From positions 1,364,001 through 1,428,000 of the forward strand of contig OZ193910.1 in the NCBI GenBank assembly GCA_964276515.1: a stretch of DNA of 64,000 bases. Direction: 5' to 3'. Below are positions 36,105 through 50,482 of the stretch, one piece after another. Below the pieces are notes generated by a model that was not told where the DNA came from, searched no databases, and was given only the letters and a program-made list of their open reading frames with translations. Every line of letters starts with the position of its first letter. The stretch's first letter is position 1. This DNA is from Gordius albopunctatus (taxonomy: Eukaryota). A program made the position numbers and the translations under genes.

Positions 36105-38208
36105 TAGTGTTTCGATCTCGTCTCGTCTCGATCTCGAAAGCAAAATCTTGCCTCGGCCTAGAAAAATCTCGATCTCCTCTCGACTTTTAAAAATAATTAT
36201 AACATAAATTTTTTTTCTGGCTCTTATAAATTATTATATAAGATATAAATTTGTCAAAAAGAAACCAATTTTTTAACTCAAACCCCAAAACAGAAGCTTG
36301 AGTAACTTAAGGTAGGGAGCAAAAATTAAGGTGTTATATCAAAGAAGTTCAAGGGTGAATATTTGACAGCCAGCCACTGCACAAGTTTACATTCAAATTT
36401 AGGTTGCTTAATCGGCCTCTGATGATTTTAAAAAAGTTAACAAGGCTATGGTAGTGTTTTTAAAAACAATAACTCAGAAAAAACAGTAAGTTGAAAAAAA
36501 TATATTTTATGAAATTTTTCCAATGCATTAATGGAAATAACAAAGCTCTACAAATATTGACTTTGTGATTACATCCTGCAATCAGACAAATAATTCTGAT
36601 AGAGAATTTTGCGCTGAATAATAATCTGTTTTTAGTTTTTTCCAAAATTACCAGTTTTTAGATAAACGAGGTTTAAGGTGCCAAAAATGCCCATTTTAAG
36701 CCTTTTTCAGGCTATATTGCCACGGCATTTTTAATATTCAGTGAAAAATAGTAATATATTGATGTAGACTAAAGTTTCATCTATAGGTCCATTAATTTAT
36801 TTTTTTGTTACATTTCTATATTTAAATTTATTCCCATTTTTGTGAACCCCTTCCCCTTATCAAAATTCGTCCCACTATGTCTGGAAAACGTAGTACATTA
36901 GAGTTCATACTACACACGCGCTGTTTACTAACAAATCTCTCTCTCCCATTCTTCATTTCTTAGACTCCCGCCCCCATATCTATCCAACACACATCAAGGG
37001 GGCGGGAGTGGAGGAGAAAGAGAGGAGGGTAGGTGAAGGGAGAGAGAGATGTGTTAGTAAACATCGCTTGTGTAGTATGAACTCTAATGTACTCCGTTTT
37101 CTAACCATAGTTGGGCGAATTTTAATAAGGGAAAGGGCTTCACGTAAATGCGAATAAATTTAAATATAGAGGTAAAACAAAAAAATTAATTAATGGACAT
37201 ATAGATGAAACTTTAACCTACATGAATATATTACTATTTCACTAAATATTAAAAATGCCTTGGAAATTTAGCCTCAAAAAGGCTTAAAATGGGCATTTTT
37301 GGCACCTTCAACCTCGTTTATCTAAAAAACTGGTGATTGTAGAAATAAACTAAAAACATATTATTTTTTAGCGCAAAATTCTCTATCAGAATTATGGGTC
37401 CGATTGCAGGATGTTTTTTTGTAGACCTGTGTAATTTTTTATAACTAATTATATAAAATATACGATAATTAATTATATTATATATACAATATTTAGTCAT
37501 TTTTAAAGAATATGCTTTATATATAATAACTGTTAAATGCTTACATTTCCTGAAGCATCTAGGTTGGCTGAAAAAAAGGTTTTTGGGCAGTTTTGCTTTT
37601 TACCTTATTAACTTCAGTAGGGTAAAGGATATAGTAATCCTTATGATAGTAACGTTTAAGATGTCGTTGAAGACCTAAAGTATGGCTATCAGTATCAGTC
37701 ATTTTTACTTCTTTAAAACTTAATTTACACTTCCCCATTTTATTTGATTCATCCTTGGGTACTGTGAAATGTTTGAGTAGCTTGCTCTTTTTTGATTTGG
37801 ATGATGAACTTGTTGCGCATAACTTATTATAGGTTTAAAATTTTTATATAATACAATAATGCTATAAAAATAAGTAATAAATAATTATTCATATACCTGA
37901 AGGGCCACAACACTGTGTTGTGTATTGAATAAAATTATATTACAAATTTGAAATTTGTGCAAAGCGGATGATTAGACGCGTAAGTAATTAAAAATCAAAA
38001 GTTTCAAAATCATATTAATTTGCATTTAAATTCCTAAATGTTAATCTCATAAAATAAAAATTCTTAATTAGCTAAATTAAGACTCAATAGTTAAATATAA
38101 GAATTGAAGCCGAGATCTCGCTGATAAAATCTCGTCTCGAGGTCAAAATTATCGTCTTGATCTCGACTCAATTTTTCAAAATCTCGTCTCGGTTTTTCCG
38201 CATCACTA
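36105..38208. mobile_element. Non-autonomous hAT-type element inserted in the RTE
   Basis: TAGTG...CACTA termini, 8-bp TSD GTCAAGAC (36097-36104, 38209-38216), subterminal TCTCG repeats at both ends. Confidence 0.85.
36571..37414. repeat. Long imperfect inverted repeat (~375-bp arms, ~90-bp spacer)
   Basis: 36571-36947 is the reverse complement of 37038-37414 (e.g. AGTACATTAGAGTTCATACTACAC / GTGTAGTATGAACTCTAATGTACT); a related single arm lies at 43057-43146 plus 44242-44530. Confidence 0.88.
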
Positions 38209-39076
38209 GTCAAGACATATCACTCATCCGGTCAAGATGGAAGAAACTCATTAAAACAAACCCCAGGGCTGTGAGAACAAATACTTGATAAAGATAAAGA
38301 ATTGGTAAAATTTAACGATATTACGTTGGCAGTTCTGTTTTTTATATAATGAAAAAATAGCATAATAAAAAAATAGTAAAAAAATTAAATATATATCCCC
38401 TGAACGGGCAGTTTAAAAAATTTTATGATTTTGGTTTTATTCAAACTCAATCAGGCGTAAAATTTTTCTACATATTCCAACATAAAATTCTAAAATATAA
38501 TTTTTAGTTTTATTTAAAACCGATTAAATTCTTAATGGCTATTCTATCCTGTTCTCCCATTCCCATACTTATAATTCAAATAACAATGAAGGTTCTTTAA
38601 GCCTCTTCGATATTTCTAAATCAAAACAACTTTCTATTAAATTTAATATACCACCGCAATCCAAGCCTCTGGCGAGCGCCTTTTCTGTTTATGTAAATTA
38701 ATATTCAGTGAAACGCTTACTAGTTTATTAGATGACAATTTCTTATTCAACTCAACTTACCATATGAGGATTTAACTAATCTGTAGGTACATGTAAAATT
38801 ATGGCTAGAATTTCAAAAAATGTTCATTTTGCCCCTCCCTAAATCATTATTGCCCCTTGTAACCTAAGTAGCTGTAACTTAAAATCCGAAATATAACAAG
38901 TAGTTTAGTTTGCTACTATAGGAGTCGTCTAATCGATTTCACTTTATAAAAAAGTGGTTTTAAAAAGGCAATCAAAAACCACAATAAATTATTCGGTTTA
39001 TAACACAAATTTGTACACGTTGATTTGAAAGCAGAATTGAAGAAAGTTATAATAACAAATATAGCAGAACTAATGG

Positions 39077-41733
39077 TCAGCTAGACAAGAATTTATCTAA
39101 TGCTGGTTTGAGTATAAATTGATCTTTGATATGGCCATAATTTGTCAACGTCCCATTCTTAGATTCTTCATCACCATTAGCTTCAAGTTTTATGGACACC
39201 AAATTCTAAAAACGTACGAATAAAACCAAAAGACTTTTATAATTTAAAAGAAATAAGTTTGATTTAAAATTAAATAAATGATATCAAAGAAATTTATAGA
39301 GTAAAGTCAAAGTTCAATATTTTAAAATTTTACTTGAAGGAATGATTTTGGGAGAGACCGAGTTAGTTCCATCGGCTGACTTTGTAAATTATCGTCTGCG
39401 TTTGGTGTCGATTGGAAAAATATTTGACCGGACGTAGATATTTGCAATTTACCAATTCTTTCAAGTTTAGATTCAACGGGAGTTGGTACCTGTGATAATT
39501 TTTGCGCAAATTTATTTTTCTTACAAAATATAAAAAGTTTTTAAAAAAACTCGGAAAAGAATAAAATAAAATTCATTCGAAATTTTAAGCAAAATCTTTG
39601 TAAATAAAACAAGTTTTAGGATTCAGGAGGGCACACGACGTTGTGTAACGACATTACAAAACGTGGTAACATTATTATTAGTTTATCCAGTGAACGTTTA
39701 TGATTTCTAGCAAAATTTTATTGAATTAAATCGAATCGCAACCGTACGCTAAATTCATATTTTGACAAACTCAAAAAGACAGTACTCTAAAATAGTGATG
39801 ATGAATAAGTTTATAAACACCGAGTTTTATAAAATGCCTTAAGGCACACGAACCCTTCTAACCTAGTTGTTAGGCATGGGCGTAGCCAAGGAAGGGGGGG
39901 GGGGCAGGGAGAAGCGACTCCCCCCTCTAATTCCAATGGTGACTACGTCCATGTTGTTAGGGCGATATTAAATTGAGTCTAGTTTTATAAACACATAAAG
40001 AAAATGGCTACTTAACCACATAAATAAATATGATGTAGTGGTAAGGAAACATATTATCAACTCATTTTCACCAGACACTTTAGGAATACCCACTGATTAT
40101 AATTAAATTCTTTTTTAAATCACAAAACAAAATAGATGCCATTTAAAAACAAAAATAACAAAGTTATAGGTGGCTATTTTTTGAGTTTAAGTTATTTGTT
40201 AAAAATAGGTTGATATTAATATAATATAAATACATGAGATATAAAAGCTAAAAGGCGTCAGGACTACCTTAACTAACTGATTAATGCTTTTTATATCATG
40301 TTGAAACATTTAATTAAACTTGCTGCTATATATATGCTTACATTGGTTTTGTCGGAGACTGGAGTTGGTGATGAGAATGCAAAAGGAGTTTGAGTGGGAA
40401 AATGAAATAAATACAGATTTTGACTATTTTCTGCAAAAATAAATCATTTATAAATTATTATAAATTTTTACCTAGAGGATTGTTAGGTGAGTTAAGCAAG
40501 TTTTCATGCTGTATTAGATCCCACAAATTATATGTGCTCATGAGGGGGTCATTGTTTAAGTCAAATTCTTGTGGGCAAATATTGTTTACCACATCTAAAC
40601 ATTGAACAATTTATTTTTGAAAAGAATATTAAAAACAAAAAAATTTAATAAAAAGATGTTAATCTTTGTTTATATAATATTAGAGCTTAAACAAGATGCT
40701 CTTACAAAGTGAATGTAAATTCCTATTACACATTCCAAATATAAAATCTAAATCTATCAAACTATTTAATTAACATTATAAGTAGTTATTGTTAATTCTT
40801 TTTAATAATATTAGAAACCTAAAAAGCCATTAATAATATAAGATATAGTTGTAATGTATACCAAATGAATCTTTTTTAAAAACAGCATTGCCCATTTTAA
40901 TTTCCTTTCCTAATTTTTCCAATGCATTAGTTAAGGGTAATTTTATAGGAAAATCTGATGGATCTACAATTTCAGGCTTTGTATGAAAAATGTCATCAGC
41001 TTCACTCTATAAATTAAGTAAGTATATATACTAAATTCCCATTTCATTTTTTAAGTATATTAAATAAATACTATACTTTAGTAACAAAATTTTTAACAAA
41101 TTGAGATTCTTTGTCTCCAGCAAAAAATAAATTTGAAGCATTGGAAGTTGGTGTTTTATTTTCTAAGTGGCATATAATCATGATTTATGTTTAGAAATAA
41201 AAACTACCTTTTTTGAATGAATTAATTTTGTTTGAATTATAATTATTTTCCCGTCCAACAGTAATTAGACATCCCTTAGACTTTACATCAAAATTAGCAG
41301 GACCTTGAGCAAATACAGAATCAAATGATTGTATTGTTTCTCTTTTTTTATTTGATAAATTTTTTTGAGATCTTGTTTCTTTGTTTATATTATTTTTGAT
41401 TTCCTTTGTCTGCTCTTTATTTGTTCCATGATTAATCTCATTTGTCTTTGTTCTAAAAAAAAATTAAATATATTTCTATAAATGTGCATTTGGCTATATT
41501 ATATTTAATTAAAGCTATATATATGGAGTTAACTCCTTGGTTTTTCTTGATAACGCCTTGGCTAAATTAGGAGTAAAAACTTTTTTAGGGCGGCCCATCA
41601 TTAGATCTCTTGGAACCCTCAATGAAGGGAGTCTATAATAATAAATATTAAAAATTTAATAGATCTACCTTTGATTTTTATCTAGCGGCATTCCGGATTT
41701 ATCTAAAATAACTTTGGCACGTTGTTCTCCCAT
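39077..41733 (-). CDS. POLR3D: DNA-directed RNA polymerase III subunit RPC4 (9 exons, ~378 aa)
   Basis: Phase-consistent GT-AG exons 41733-41669, 41632-41534, 41452-41208, 41162-41077, 41006-40862, 40594-40472, 40430-40342, 39489-39334, 39205-39077. RPC4 motifs RLPSLRVPRDL..KKVFTPN, IQSFDSVFAQGPA, PIKLPL, LYLFHFP, IGKLQISTSG, SFLQNLVSI and YGHIK. Not visible in the ORF track because the exons are short. Confidence 0.9.
39875..39953. mobile_element. CATGGGCGTAGCC MITE in a POLR3D intron
   Basis: Perfect 8-bp TSD TTGTTAGG (39867-39874, 39954-39961), implying hAT mobilisation. Confidence 0.85.
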
Positions 41734-42350
41734 AAATTTGGAAAAACCAGCTGTTTAGTATTAATGAGACTTAATGAGTCCCATTCATAATGACAGTTAA
41801 TTTTATTATTATGATTATCTTATATCTATGTGTAATTATTGTACTTATAATATTATTTAATAACAGTAGAATAAGGACTATGTTTTAAATTATTTTTGCA
41901 TTAGTAAATTTTGATTGGTTATAATTTAAAACACAGTTGCCCAAAATCAAAGAAATAAGATATCATAAGCATAAAACTAATATAGTTATCCAATCATCTA
42001 ACATAAGTTAAGATAATATCTTTACTATTACTTCAGATCTTTTTAAACAGCTTTAAAATCTCTAAAGTTCTAGAAATTGTTTAGTAAATTCCATGGTCTT
42101 CTTAAATTTATTTTAAGAGGCCAAATATCGCATAATTTAAAAGTGATGGGGAGACAAGCCTGGCGACGCACCAGTGACAAATTGATCTAGGCAGGATTAC
42201 CTAAAGGAAAAGGAGTTTCACATTTTTTGATAAATGTTAATCACGCAAAAATTTATGAAAATTATATAAATCAGTGGCGTAGGTATGGTTGGTCGGGGGG
42301 TGTAACTCTTTGTCAAAATATTTCAGAAAATAATTAAAATAATATATATT

Positions 42351-42650
42351 CATAGATTAATAAAACAATAGGCTGCCGAACTATTTTTACTATTTAAATT
42401 ATTCAGACACCATGATAGTGGCCATCTTGAAGGAAAAACTCAACAGCTAAATTTATACTTCTCCACAATATAATATTAAAGAAAATAAATAAGTCTATTA
42501 GCTTAATTTGAAAATTAAAAAAATAAGTAAAATAAAACAATAAATTATGTTGACTTATATTATCTGGTTACAATTTCCCTCAATATGGCGCTCTCTATGT
42601 TTGCTGAAAAATTATCAGCTGTTCGGCAGTCTATGGTTTTATTAGTCTAT
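42351..42650. mobile_element. MITE with ~30-bp TIRs, unclassified
   Basis: ATAGATTAATAAAACAATAGGCTGCCGAAC ... GTTCGGCAGTCTATGGTTTTATTAGTCTAT; TATATT on both sides. Confidence 0.72.
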
Positions 42651-43146
42651 ATATATTGTGGTGTTTGTAGGGTACTTTAAGTATTTATTTTTATTATATT
42701 TAGTTTTTATGATGGGTTTTTGATGAAATTTTCCAGAATAATATCTCAGTATGGTGTTTATACATATAAAAGGCATTAACAGTTAAATCAATTAACTTTT
42801 GTGACCCATTTCTGCCTCTGGTATTTTTCCAATGAGGAAACCTCAAAGAGCTGCTTTAAAATTTTCTGAATATGCCAAGAAGAGCCATTTTATAACTAGG
42901 GATATGCACGGGCCTTTTAGATTCAAAAATTTTTTAATTCCTGTCCCGGTCAAATAATTTTTTGCAAAGTAAAAGCCCATCTTATACCCTTTCCAAAATA
43001 TTCTCTAATATTTTGTTACATTTTAAATGCAAATATTTTGTCATATGTAAAACACTCATCCTGCATCGGACCTATAATTCTGATTAAAAATTTTGTGCTG
43101 AACAATTTTGAGTTTTTTTTACAAAAAATCCAGGTTTTATATAAAC

Positions 43147-44241
43147 TAGAGATCTGCAATTGGCCGTTTTTAGAAGGTCGGCCCGCCCGTAGCCGTTTTT
43201 AAAACTTCAAAACCCGTCCGGGCTAGCCCGTAATTTTTTTTAACATCTCAGACCCGTCCTAGCCCGTCCGTAAATTTTTTAGGCCCGTCCGAGCCCGTCC
43301 TTAAATTTTTCCGGCCCGTTCGTACCCTTTAGAAAAACGTCAGGCCCGCCAAAGCCCGTTAAAATTTTTTGGAAGAACTGCGCGCCCGACCCCATAAAAA
43401 ATTTCACAAAATTTAATTTTATTTTGTTTGTTAACATATTCATAATAAAACATCAATAATTATCATGTAAAAATAATAAATCTTCAGTTATTTCTGCATT
43501 CAATACACCTAAAAAATTTCAATATAGTACTGCCATTAAATTATTTTAAAATATTACATGAGAATATTCCACTTTCAACAATTACTTTTATTCGATTAAT
43601 TTAAGTTAATAAACCTAAAAAGTTAGAATTCAGTATTACCATTAAATTACAAACTTTAATAATATTACATGAGAGTATTCAACTTTAAATAAGATGTTTA
43701 CATTGATTTGATTAATTTATATCAGTTAATGCACATAATTTTTAGATTAGAAAAAAAGTATTTATTAAATTATATGGCACTAATAATAATTTTACCATTA
43801 AAATTTGTGATAAAATTAAACACAAAAACTTTGGTGCATTGTAACTAAGTAATTGAACTTATAAAAGAATATACGAAGGTATCATCTGAAATTATGTAAT
43901 CGAAAACTATAACAAATAGAATAAAATGTTTTAAAGTTAAATTTAGCGCTTGAAATAGGAATGAATGCTACAGGATATACAAAAATTAGAGTTTAAAAAA
44001 TAGGGCAATTAATAATCTTTATATTCAATAAAAATCATATATTAATATAATTGTCTGACTTTTAAAGACCTTTATAATTCCATGGTCGTTTATATAATCT
44101 CTGGCCCGTTGAAAGCCGTTTATAAAACGTCAGACCCGTTCAAGCCCGTTAAAAAATTTCAGACCCGACCGAGACCGTTCCATTAATTGTTAAGCCCGTC
44201 CGTACCCGCCACCGGGTCGGGCCTGACCGTGCATATCTCTA
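43147..44241. mobile_element. Non-autonomous hAT-type element
   Basis: TIR TAGAGATCTGCA / TGCATATCTCTA, 8-bp TSD ATATAAAC, subterminal CCCGT repeats. Confidence 0.88.
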
Positions 44242-44563
44242 ATATAAACGACGCTAAAGGTGCAAAAAATACTTAGCCTTTTTTGAGGTTCTATTGCCAC
44301 GCATTTTTAATCTATAATGAAAAAATCTATTTATTTTTTATGTCCATTAATCAATATTTTTGTTTAGACTCCATATTTAAATTAATTCGCGTTTACGTCA
44401 ACCCATCCACCTTAGTAAAATTTGTCACAAGAATACACAGTAAATTAGAGTACATACTACGTGCGCAATGTTTAGTAATGCATGACTCTCTCATCTACTT
44501 TCCTCCCTTTCTCCTACATCCCCCCTTCATATATGTTCTTGGCTAAGTCTAGGGCATTTGTCC

Positions 44564-45310
44564 TAGAGACATGAAACGGGCCTGTTTAGGTCAGTCGGCC
44601 CGCCCGTAATAAAAATTTAAAAACCCGGCCCAGGCCAGGACTTACAGATAAAATAATTTTTTACAAATGGCACTTCGGGATACATAAACTATATAAGCCA
44701 AATAGACTTTTAAAACCCTTACCACCATTATAGATTTTTAGGTTATTGATAAAAATAAAAAAAACAGTGATATTTTACAAGGGTCACTTAAAGAAATAAA
44801 TTTTAAATTTTGTTTTTAAATTTGGTAATGAGTATATATATAAATAATCTTATATAATATTAAATTAATTCACTCAATATTGCTAGAGGGTATAAATGGC
44901 GAGGAAAGGATAGGCAGCTGCCCCCCCCACCTCCAAATCGAAAAATTCTTCATCTAAAAACATTTTATATCCTACCTAAATGCCTTCTAATTTAAATTGG
45001 CCATACCCATGGGATCTCGCGTATAAATATCTTTAACATTTACAATGCGGGTTGAGATATTGATCAATTAATGAACTAAGATGTAAATAAAAGTTAACTT
45101 TCCTTGTTAATTTAATATACATAAAATAATTATAGATTAGAACATTATAAAAACACCTTCCTTTATGCTATATCTAATTATTTTTGTCACGGGCTTTTAA
45201 CGGGCCTTATGTTTATCTAGGCCCGGCCCGAGATCGTTAAGCTATATTACTTTAAATATAAGCCCGTCTAGGCCCGGCCCACGGGCCGGGCCGGGCTATG
45301 CAGTTCTCTA
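44564..45310. mobile_element. Non-autonomous hAT-type element
   Basis: TAGAGA...TCTCTA termini, 8-bp TSD ATTTGTCC (44556-44563, 45311-45318), GGCCCG subterminal repeats; contains a MITE remnant near 44890-45011. Confidence 0.85.
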
Positions 45311-46479
45311 ATTTGTCCATTTAAAAAGATAGTGATGAGTTCTTTTTGTATATAAATCACAAATTTAAGGAGCTTGGGGAAATTTTTTAATGAATTTCTT
45401 TCCCCTATTTATCAAAATAAAATATTACCTATTAATTTGAAAGTAATTGACGTTTGAAAAATGTCAAAATCACTCTTTTTAGCAACTTTGATACCAGATA
45501 TTTCCAAAACTTGACATATAGGGATAAAATTATATAAAAATATTGTTGTTCTGCATACGATTTGCCGATTAATCTTTCTTGTTGGATCGAGTTATTTGTA
45601 TTTTATCATTATGCTCTTCTGAAGTTGTATAAAACTCGCAACTTTTGAAAACTAAGATAAAGTTTCAATAAACATGACCATTTAAAAATTAAGTTATTTT
45701 TTTATTACTAAAATTCGATTTGTATTAGCATCTTCCTATTCTATTGTAGAAGTTGACAAAAGTTTAAGAAAAGTAATAAAGAATTATATTTTTTTACATA
45801 TTAAAACCGCATTAGGAGCTTAAAATTTTTGTATAAACAGTAGTGATGTGTTAAAGCGCATAATTTTAGAAGAGCGCTTTAAAAGGAGTAAACAGACTGA
45901 AATACCCACACCATTTATAAAAGTTCATCGTAAGACGCGCAGGTTCCTTTTTTACTAATTTCCTCCCCCATAGTTCTAAATTGTAGATAATATCCCTATG
46001 TGGTGAGCCCTCTTGATTTTATAGAACCGCCACGTGTGCCATATTTTCTAATAACATTAAACCTCACATTGATGAAACAAATAAGGCATGAGTGGGAAAG
46101 GGTACTTGTACTAATTACTTGGTGACAATAACAACTAGCTAACACCCCTAAGCATATATCTAATGGTCCATCAGGGTCTCTATGGAAAAATAATACACTG
46201 GTCGTCGATTTGTATCACACCCACACTGAATGTATTCCCAAGAAAAGGAGACTAACAGTGTGGGTGTGGCTCTTTTTATTAAGACTACAAGACTCCCTCA
46301 ATAGACCGTAGGATACGCCTTCTAGAGCGCCCTTGACAACACTAATAAACAGTTAGAATTAATAGATTTTAACATAAAATTAAATTTTAAAGTTAATTAA
46401 CTTTTAATTAATTAATTTTTCAGCGCCACATTAACAAAAGCCTTATTAATAAAATTGTGTTTTCCTATATAATTTGAAG

Positions 46480-47400
46480 CCACGCCTCTGCAACAAGAAG
46501 TTGGTATTCAGATTAAGCATGACGCGCTAGCGGTGGTAAATGGTTTACAAAAGTTAAAAATATGTACAAAGGAAAAGCATAGCTATTGTGACGAATCACA
46601 AGCCCTTAGTGTCCAATTTTAATTAGCAATAGGGAAAAGGGACTATGTTCACTGCAACTATTAAGATAGTTTGAGATTGCAACTTTTTTTAGTACAACAA
46701 AGGATCAGACAACGTGGCAGATTTTTTATTAGAGAAACCAAAATGCCAGGAGGCATAGCAAATCTGTTAGTTTCGTTACGTGTTATGAGACAACCCCTGA
46801 AATCCAAAGGAAGGCAATTAAAGGGAGATATAAGAGGAACGATGGTCATGGCGATAGGTGACCACTACGAAAAACGTTTAGCAAAGGTACTCAACATAAG
46901 ATATAGTAATTTATAAATGTCGACGGATGTAAATTTCTGCTAATTATAGAGACTCCGCTCTTCAGAAGCTATGCGACATGATGGTAACAATGGGTACAGC
47001 GTGTGGCATGACAATACGTATGGTTTTATATTCTAAAAGTGTAACAAAAGGGCGCTGCAGTTGCAAATGCACATCGACGATGGCAAAGATGCACAACTAA
47101 TTGAATACCAACCTAGACCCACCCATAGGGGGTTCTGTCAGAAACAAGTCCTTCTTGGTTGTTTAGATGATAGTACAAAAAAGGGGGGGGGGGGGTTTTC
47201 TAAATTATAAAATTCCGTTTTTAACACCTTAATAACCAATTTAGCTAGAACGAACGTTCGCTAGATTTGAGAACTCACCGTCTTTAATATCAGATAATTG
47301 TCCGCAGTTTAGGACAAGAGCTAAAGCAATTTTTCAAGCTAAAGTGATAAAAGAATTTGGATAGCCCCTTATAACCCGTCTGCTGTCATTAGGAAGATGA
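46480..47400 (+). pseudogene. Highly decayed Gypsy pol remnant (RNase H and integrase)
   Basis: Broken translations QIKHDALAVVNGLQK..IVTNHKPL (RNase H), ISDNCPQF and APYNPSA (integrase SDNGPQF / APYHP-like). Confidence 0.65.
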
Positions 47401-49069
47401 CTTAAAACTGAAAAAGAAGTTATTACACAAACAAATTGAAGGTGCGCCAGATATTAGAAAAATTTCAAAACTATTACATAGCGGCAGATAAATTCCCAAC
47501 TAATATGCTAACAAGACGAATGAGAACGGAATGGGATGTTTTAAACCATTATTTTAACAATGATACTAGACAGTGAAATCGCGTTCATTAGGATCCAATG
47601 AACATGTTAAGTCGCATATGTTCTTGGGATAAATAAACGGGTGCAGGATTTTATAAGAACCAAACAGCAGCAAGGTGATCATTTCTACAGTGTGAGTACT
47701 CAATGAACAAGGCATCATTGACGCTTGAATCAGTGAGTGTAGACAGGAAAAAGAGAGGTTTTACGGATAAAAATACGCGGGGACGGCTGTTGGTCGAGGA
47801 AATAATGGGTGAGAGGACCTTTTACATTAACGATTCCGACTGAAACCCAACTACAGGGTTTATTTGCTGCTAACTATATTGAAAGATGAACCTCTTTTAG
47901 GGGGATTTTGGCGAAAACATAAAATAATGCTTTAAATAAAGTTTTAGGGTAGGTCTATGCACAAACTTCCAAATGGCCAAAATAAAACCATCGCTATGCC
48001 TCTCAGACACTACCTTATGAATATGCCTCCATTGAAATGGGGCAAAAGCATTGATCTAAGGAATCAAATTCCATTTAGACATAATTAGAAGGTAATTTTT
48101 AAAGCAGATGGATCGCAAACCATTTGAAAGATTGTTGTTCAAGTCTCAAGCTCTTAAAATCCAACTTAAGTTGTATAAATAATATTAAAATTATTAACAA
48201 CCTGTTAGACAGACTTAAATTGCTCAAAAAAGATTTAACAATATAAACCAATGAATTGTCACTTGGGAACACCAATTTGCAAAAGAGTATGTATAAATAT
48301 CATACTTTAGAATTAAAAATACTTAAAGTTCTGTTGTTAAAAAAATTTAAAAATGATTCAACTTTAGTTAACAATTTAGCAAGATAAAAATAGTATTTAT
48401 GCAAAGACAACTCTGTTTAACATTCCTTCAATATTTACAAAATAGTTTACCACCAAAATACCTCTAAGATGGATGATAATGTTGACAAACTATATTTTTT
48501 AAGGACCGATAATATTAACATTGATGTTAGTTCCTTAGATGCATTAATGAGTATGGAGTAAAGAAGTGCATTTAATTCTATTACCTCTCTACAGCGAGTA
48601 TTATGTATTTAATATGAATTATACACAACAATATATTATTTGCTGAGTGAGGGTTATTCAAAAAAAGGATCCATCTTAGTGTGCCTCTCTTTTATTGTAA
48701 ATAATATAGCTCCTAATGACTTGTATATACCGAGTCATTAATATTTGGCGTCTAGAGCTCAAATACGATAATATATACTTATTCACATTTTAAGCCATTG
48801 TTAGGGTTGTCCTACTAGTATCAAATTACCTTGAGCAACCTTAATTTATTAATGAGCACTGATTATTATCAAATAGTAGTAGTAGGGCTGTGCGCAAATA
48901 TAGTTTTGCTGTTAAGCTTTTGTAACATGTAAGCTAAGCTTGATGCAAGCTTTTCAACACCCCCCACATATTCCGATATAATTAATTGTTGAAAAGGAGC
49001 GCAAATTATTCGTTCCTTTCTATCTATCACAGATCGCATTGATTCTGATAACAAATATCTGGCTTATCA

Positions 49070-49534
49070 TATTAGAAATTAGTAAATAAATTGCAGGTTA
49101 ATGATATAATTTAGAAGATAATAACAACCCCTCTCAGGAGTGCCCGCAATTAAATTAAAAGAATACTCTAATTAGCGCCATCTATAGGCAATTTTAATTA
49201 GAGACTAATTTGAACTATGTATATCCCTATCTTTTTTTAGTATGTGACTCGAAAATGATAACAGAAATATAACGTTTTCGCTCTTATTAGAGCTCATCAG
49301 TATGCCATAGTTAATTTTATAGGCACACAGTAAGCGAGATAGGTGTTATATATAATGCACAAATTAGATTTAATCTATTCTTATGTTGGTTATGAAATAA
49401 CCCCCATAATTATGGTAGTAATAATTATTTTCTTTTATTATATTAGAAATTAGTAAATAAATTGCAGGTTAATGATATAATTTAGAAGATAATAACAACC
49501 CCTTTCAGGAGTGCCCGCAATTAAATTAAAAGAA
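49070..49534 (+). repeat. ~95-bp local direct repeat
   Basis: TATTAGAAATTAGTAAATAAATTGCAGG...GGAGTGCCCGCAATTAAATTAAAAGAAT at 49070-49163 and 49441-49534. Confidence 0.85.
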
Positions 49535-50176
49535 TTGGCGCTAATTAGTGATATGATTAAAAATCAATAACACCAATGTTAAGCACCTTTTTCGAGATTT
49601 ATAACATATTGGCTTTTAGTTTATTAATCTGTTAAAACAAGTATTTAACATTTATTTTATACTCTCTCACTAACGTTATTTTTCCAAAATTATGACTTAA
49701 AATATGGTATGAATTCAACAAAAGTTTTAAATAATTTCTGCAATTAGAAACATATCGGTAAAATGTAATTCAATCTCAAAATTTTTGTTGTAATATGTTT
49801 CTAATAATTTTAAAACTTGTAGCATTTTTAGCCGTGAATACTTAGATTTGTTCTTAATCAGTTCAAAATGTATGATACAGTTTTATGGCGTTATTCCATA
49901 ATTTGGCTCATACGTATTAAAACTTTGCTTACATCTGTAAAATAATGACTATTTTAAATATTGATGTGCATGAAAAAATCAATGTTAGTGTTGCTCATAT
50001 AAAAATAATCTTAATTAATTTGATATTTAATTTTAAATGAAATCTACTAATTCTAACACTATTTATACAAAAATTTTCTGTCGCAAGTGCGTGGTTATTT
50101 TAATTATAAAGGTAATTAATAATTTTATTTTTCAAAGTATTTAACATGGTTATTTAAACTAACATTAATATACTTC

Positions 50177-50482
50177 TGTAGTGTAGCCGCATTCAAGGTT
50201 GCAATTTGAATACACGCGTTTTTCCTATACTTACGCGCGGTCACAGACATTTGATTATACGCATGGCCATTTAAATACACCTTAGTTTACACCGTATTTT
50301 ATCTCTTATTTGATTACTACTTTTATATATGTCTTTCGCTATGTGTATATAAAGCCTTATCCATCTAATAAAACAGTCTCTGTCTTTTGATTTAGTCTTT
50401 TGGTTTAGAATCGGAGTTTAGTGTTATACGGGAGCCTAGTATCCGGGAGCTTAGGGTTCTACCGGCCGGCCACTTCGTTACA
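50177..50482 (+). mobile_element. Solo LTR of the same Gypsy family as 8685-9997
   Basis: Reverse complement of the LTR core, TG...CA, with 5-bp TSD ACTTC (50172-50176, 50483-50487). Confidence 0.92.

Larger units (their letters stand above)
34466..38300 (+). mobile_element. Decayed, internally deleted RTE LINE split by a nested DNA transposon
   Basis: Partial twister-type leader, RT motifs (GPDVIP, PLFKGKGD..NYRGIKL, YADD), RLRWYGH..GRGRPRVTW; reading resumes after 38216 (..ISLIRSRWKKLIK). Confidence 0.85.

Noticed and set aside
40706..40754. Extra POLR3D exon (DLDFIFGM...)
   Set aside because: Its apparent donor phase does not fit the next exon, and the model is in frame without it.
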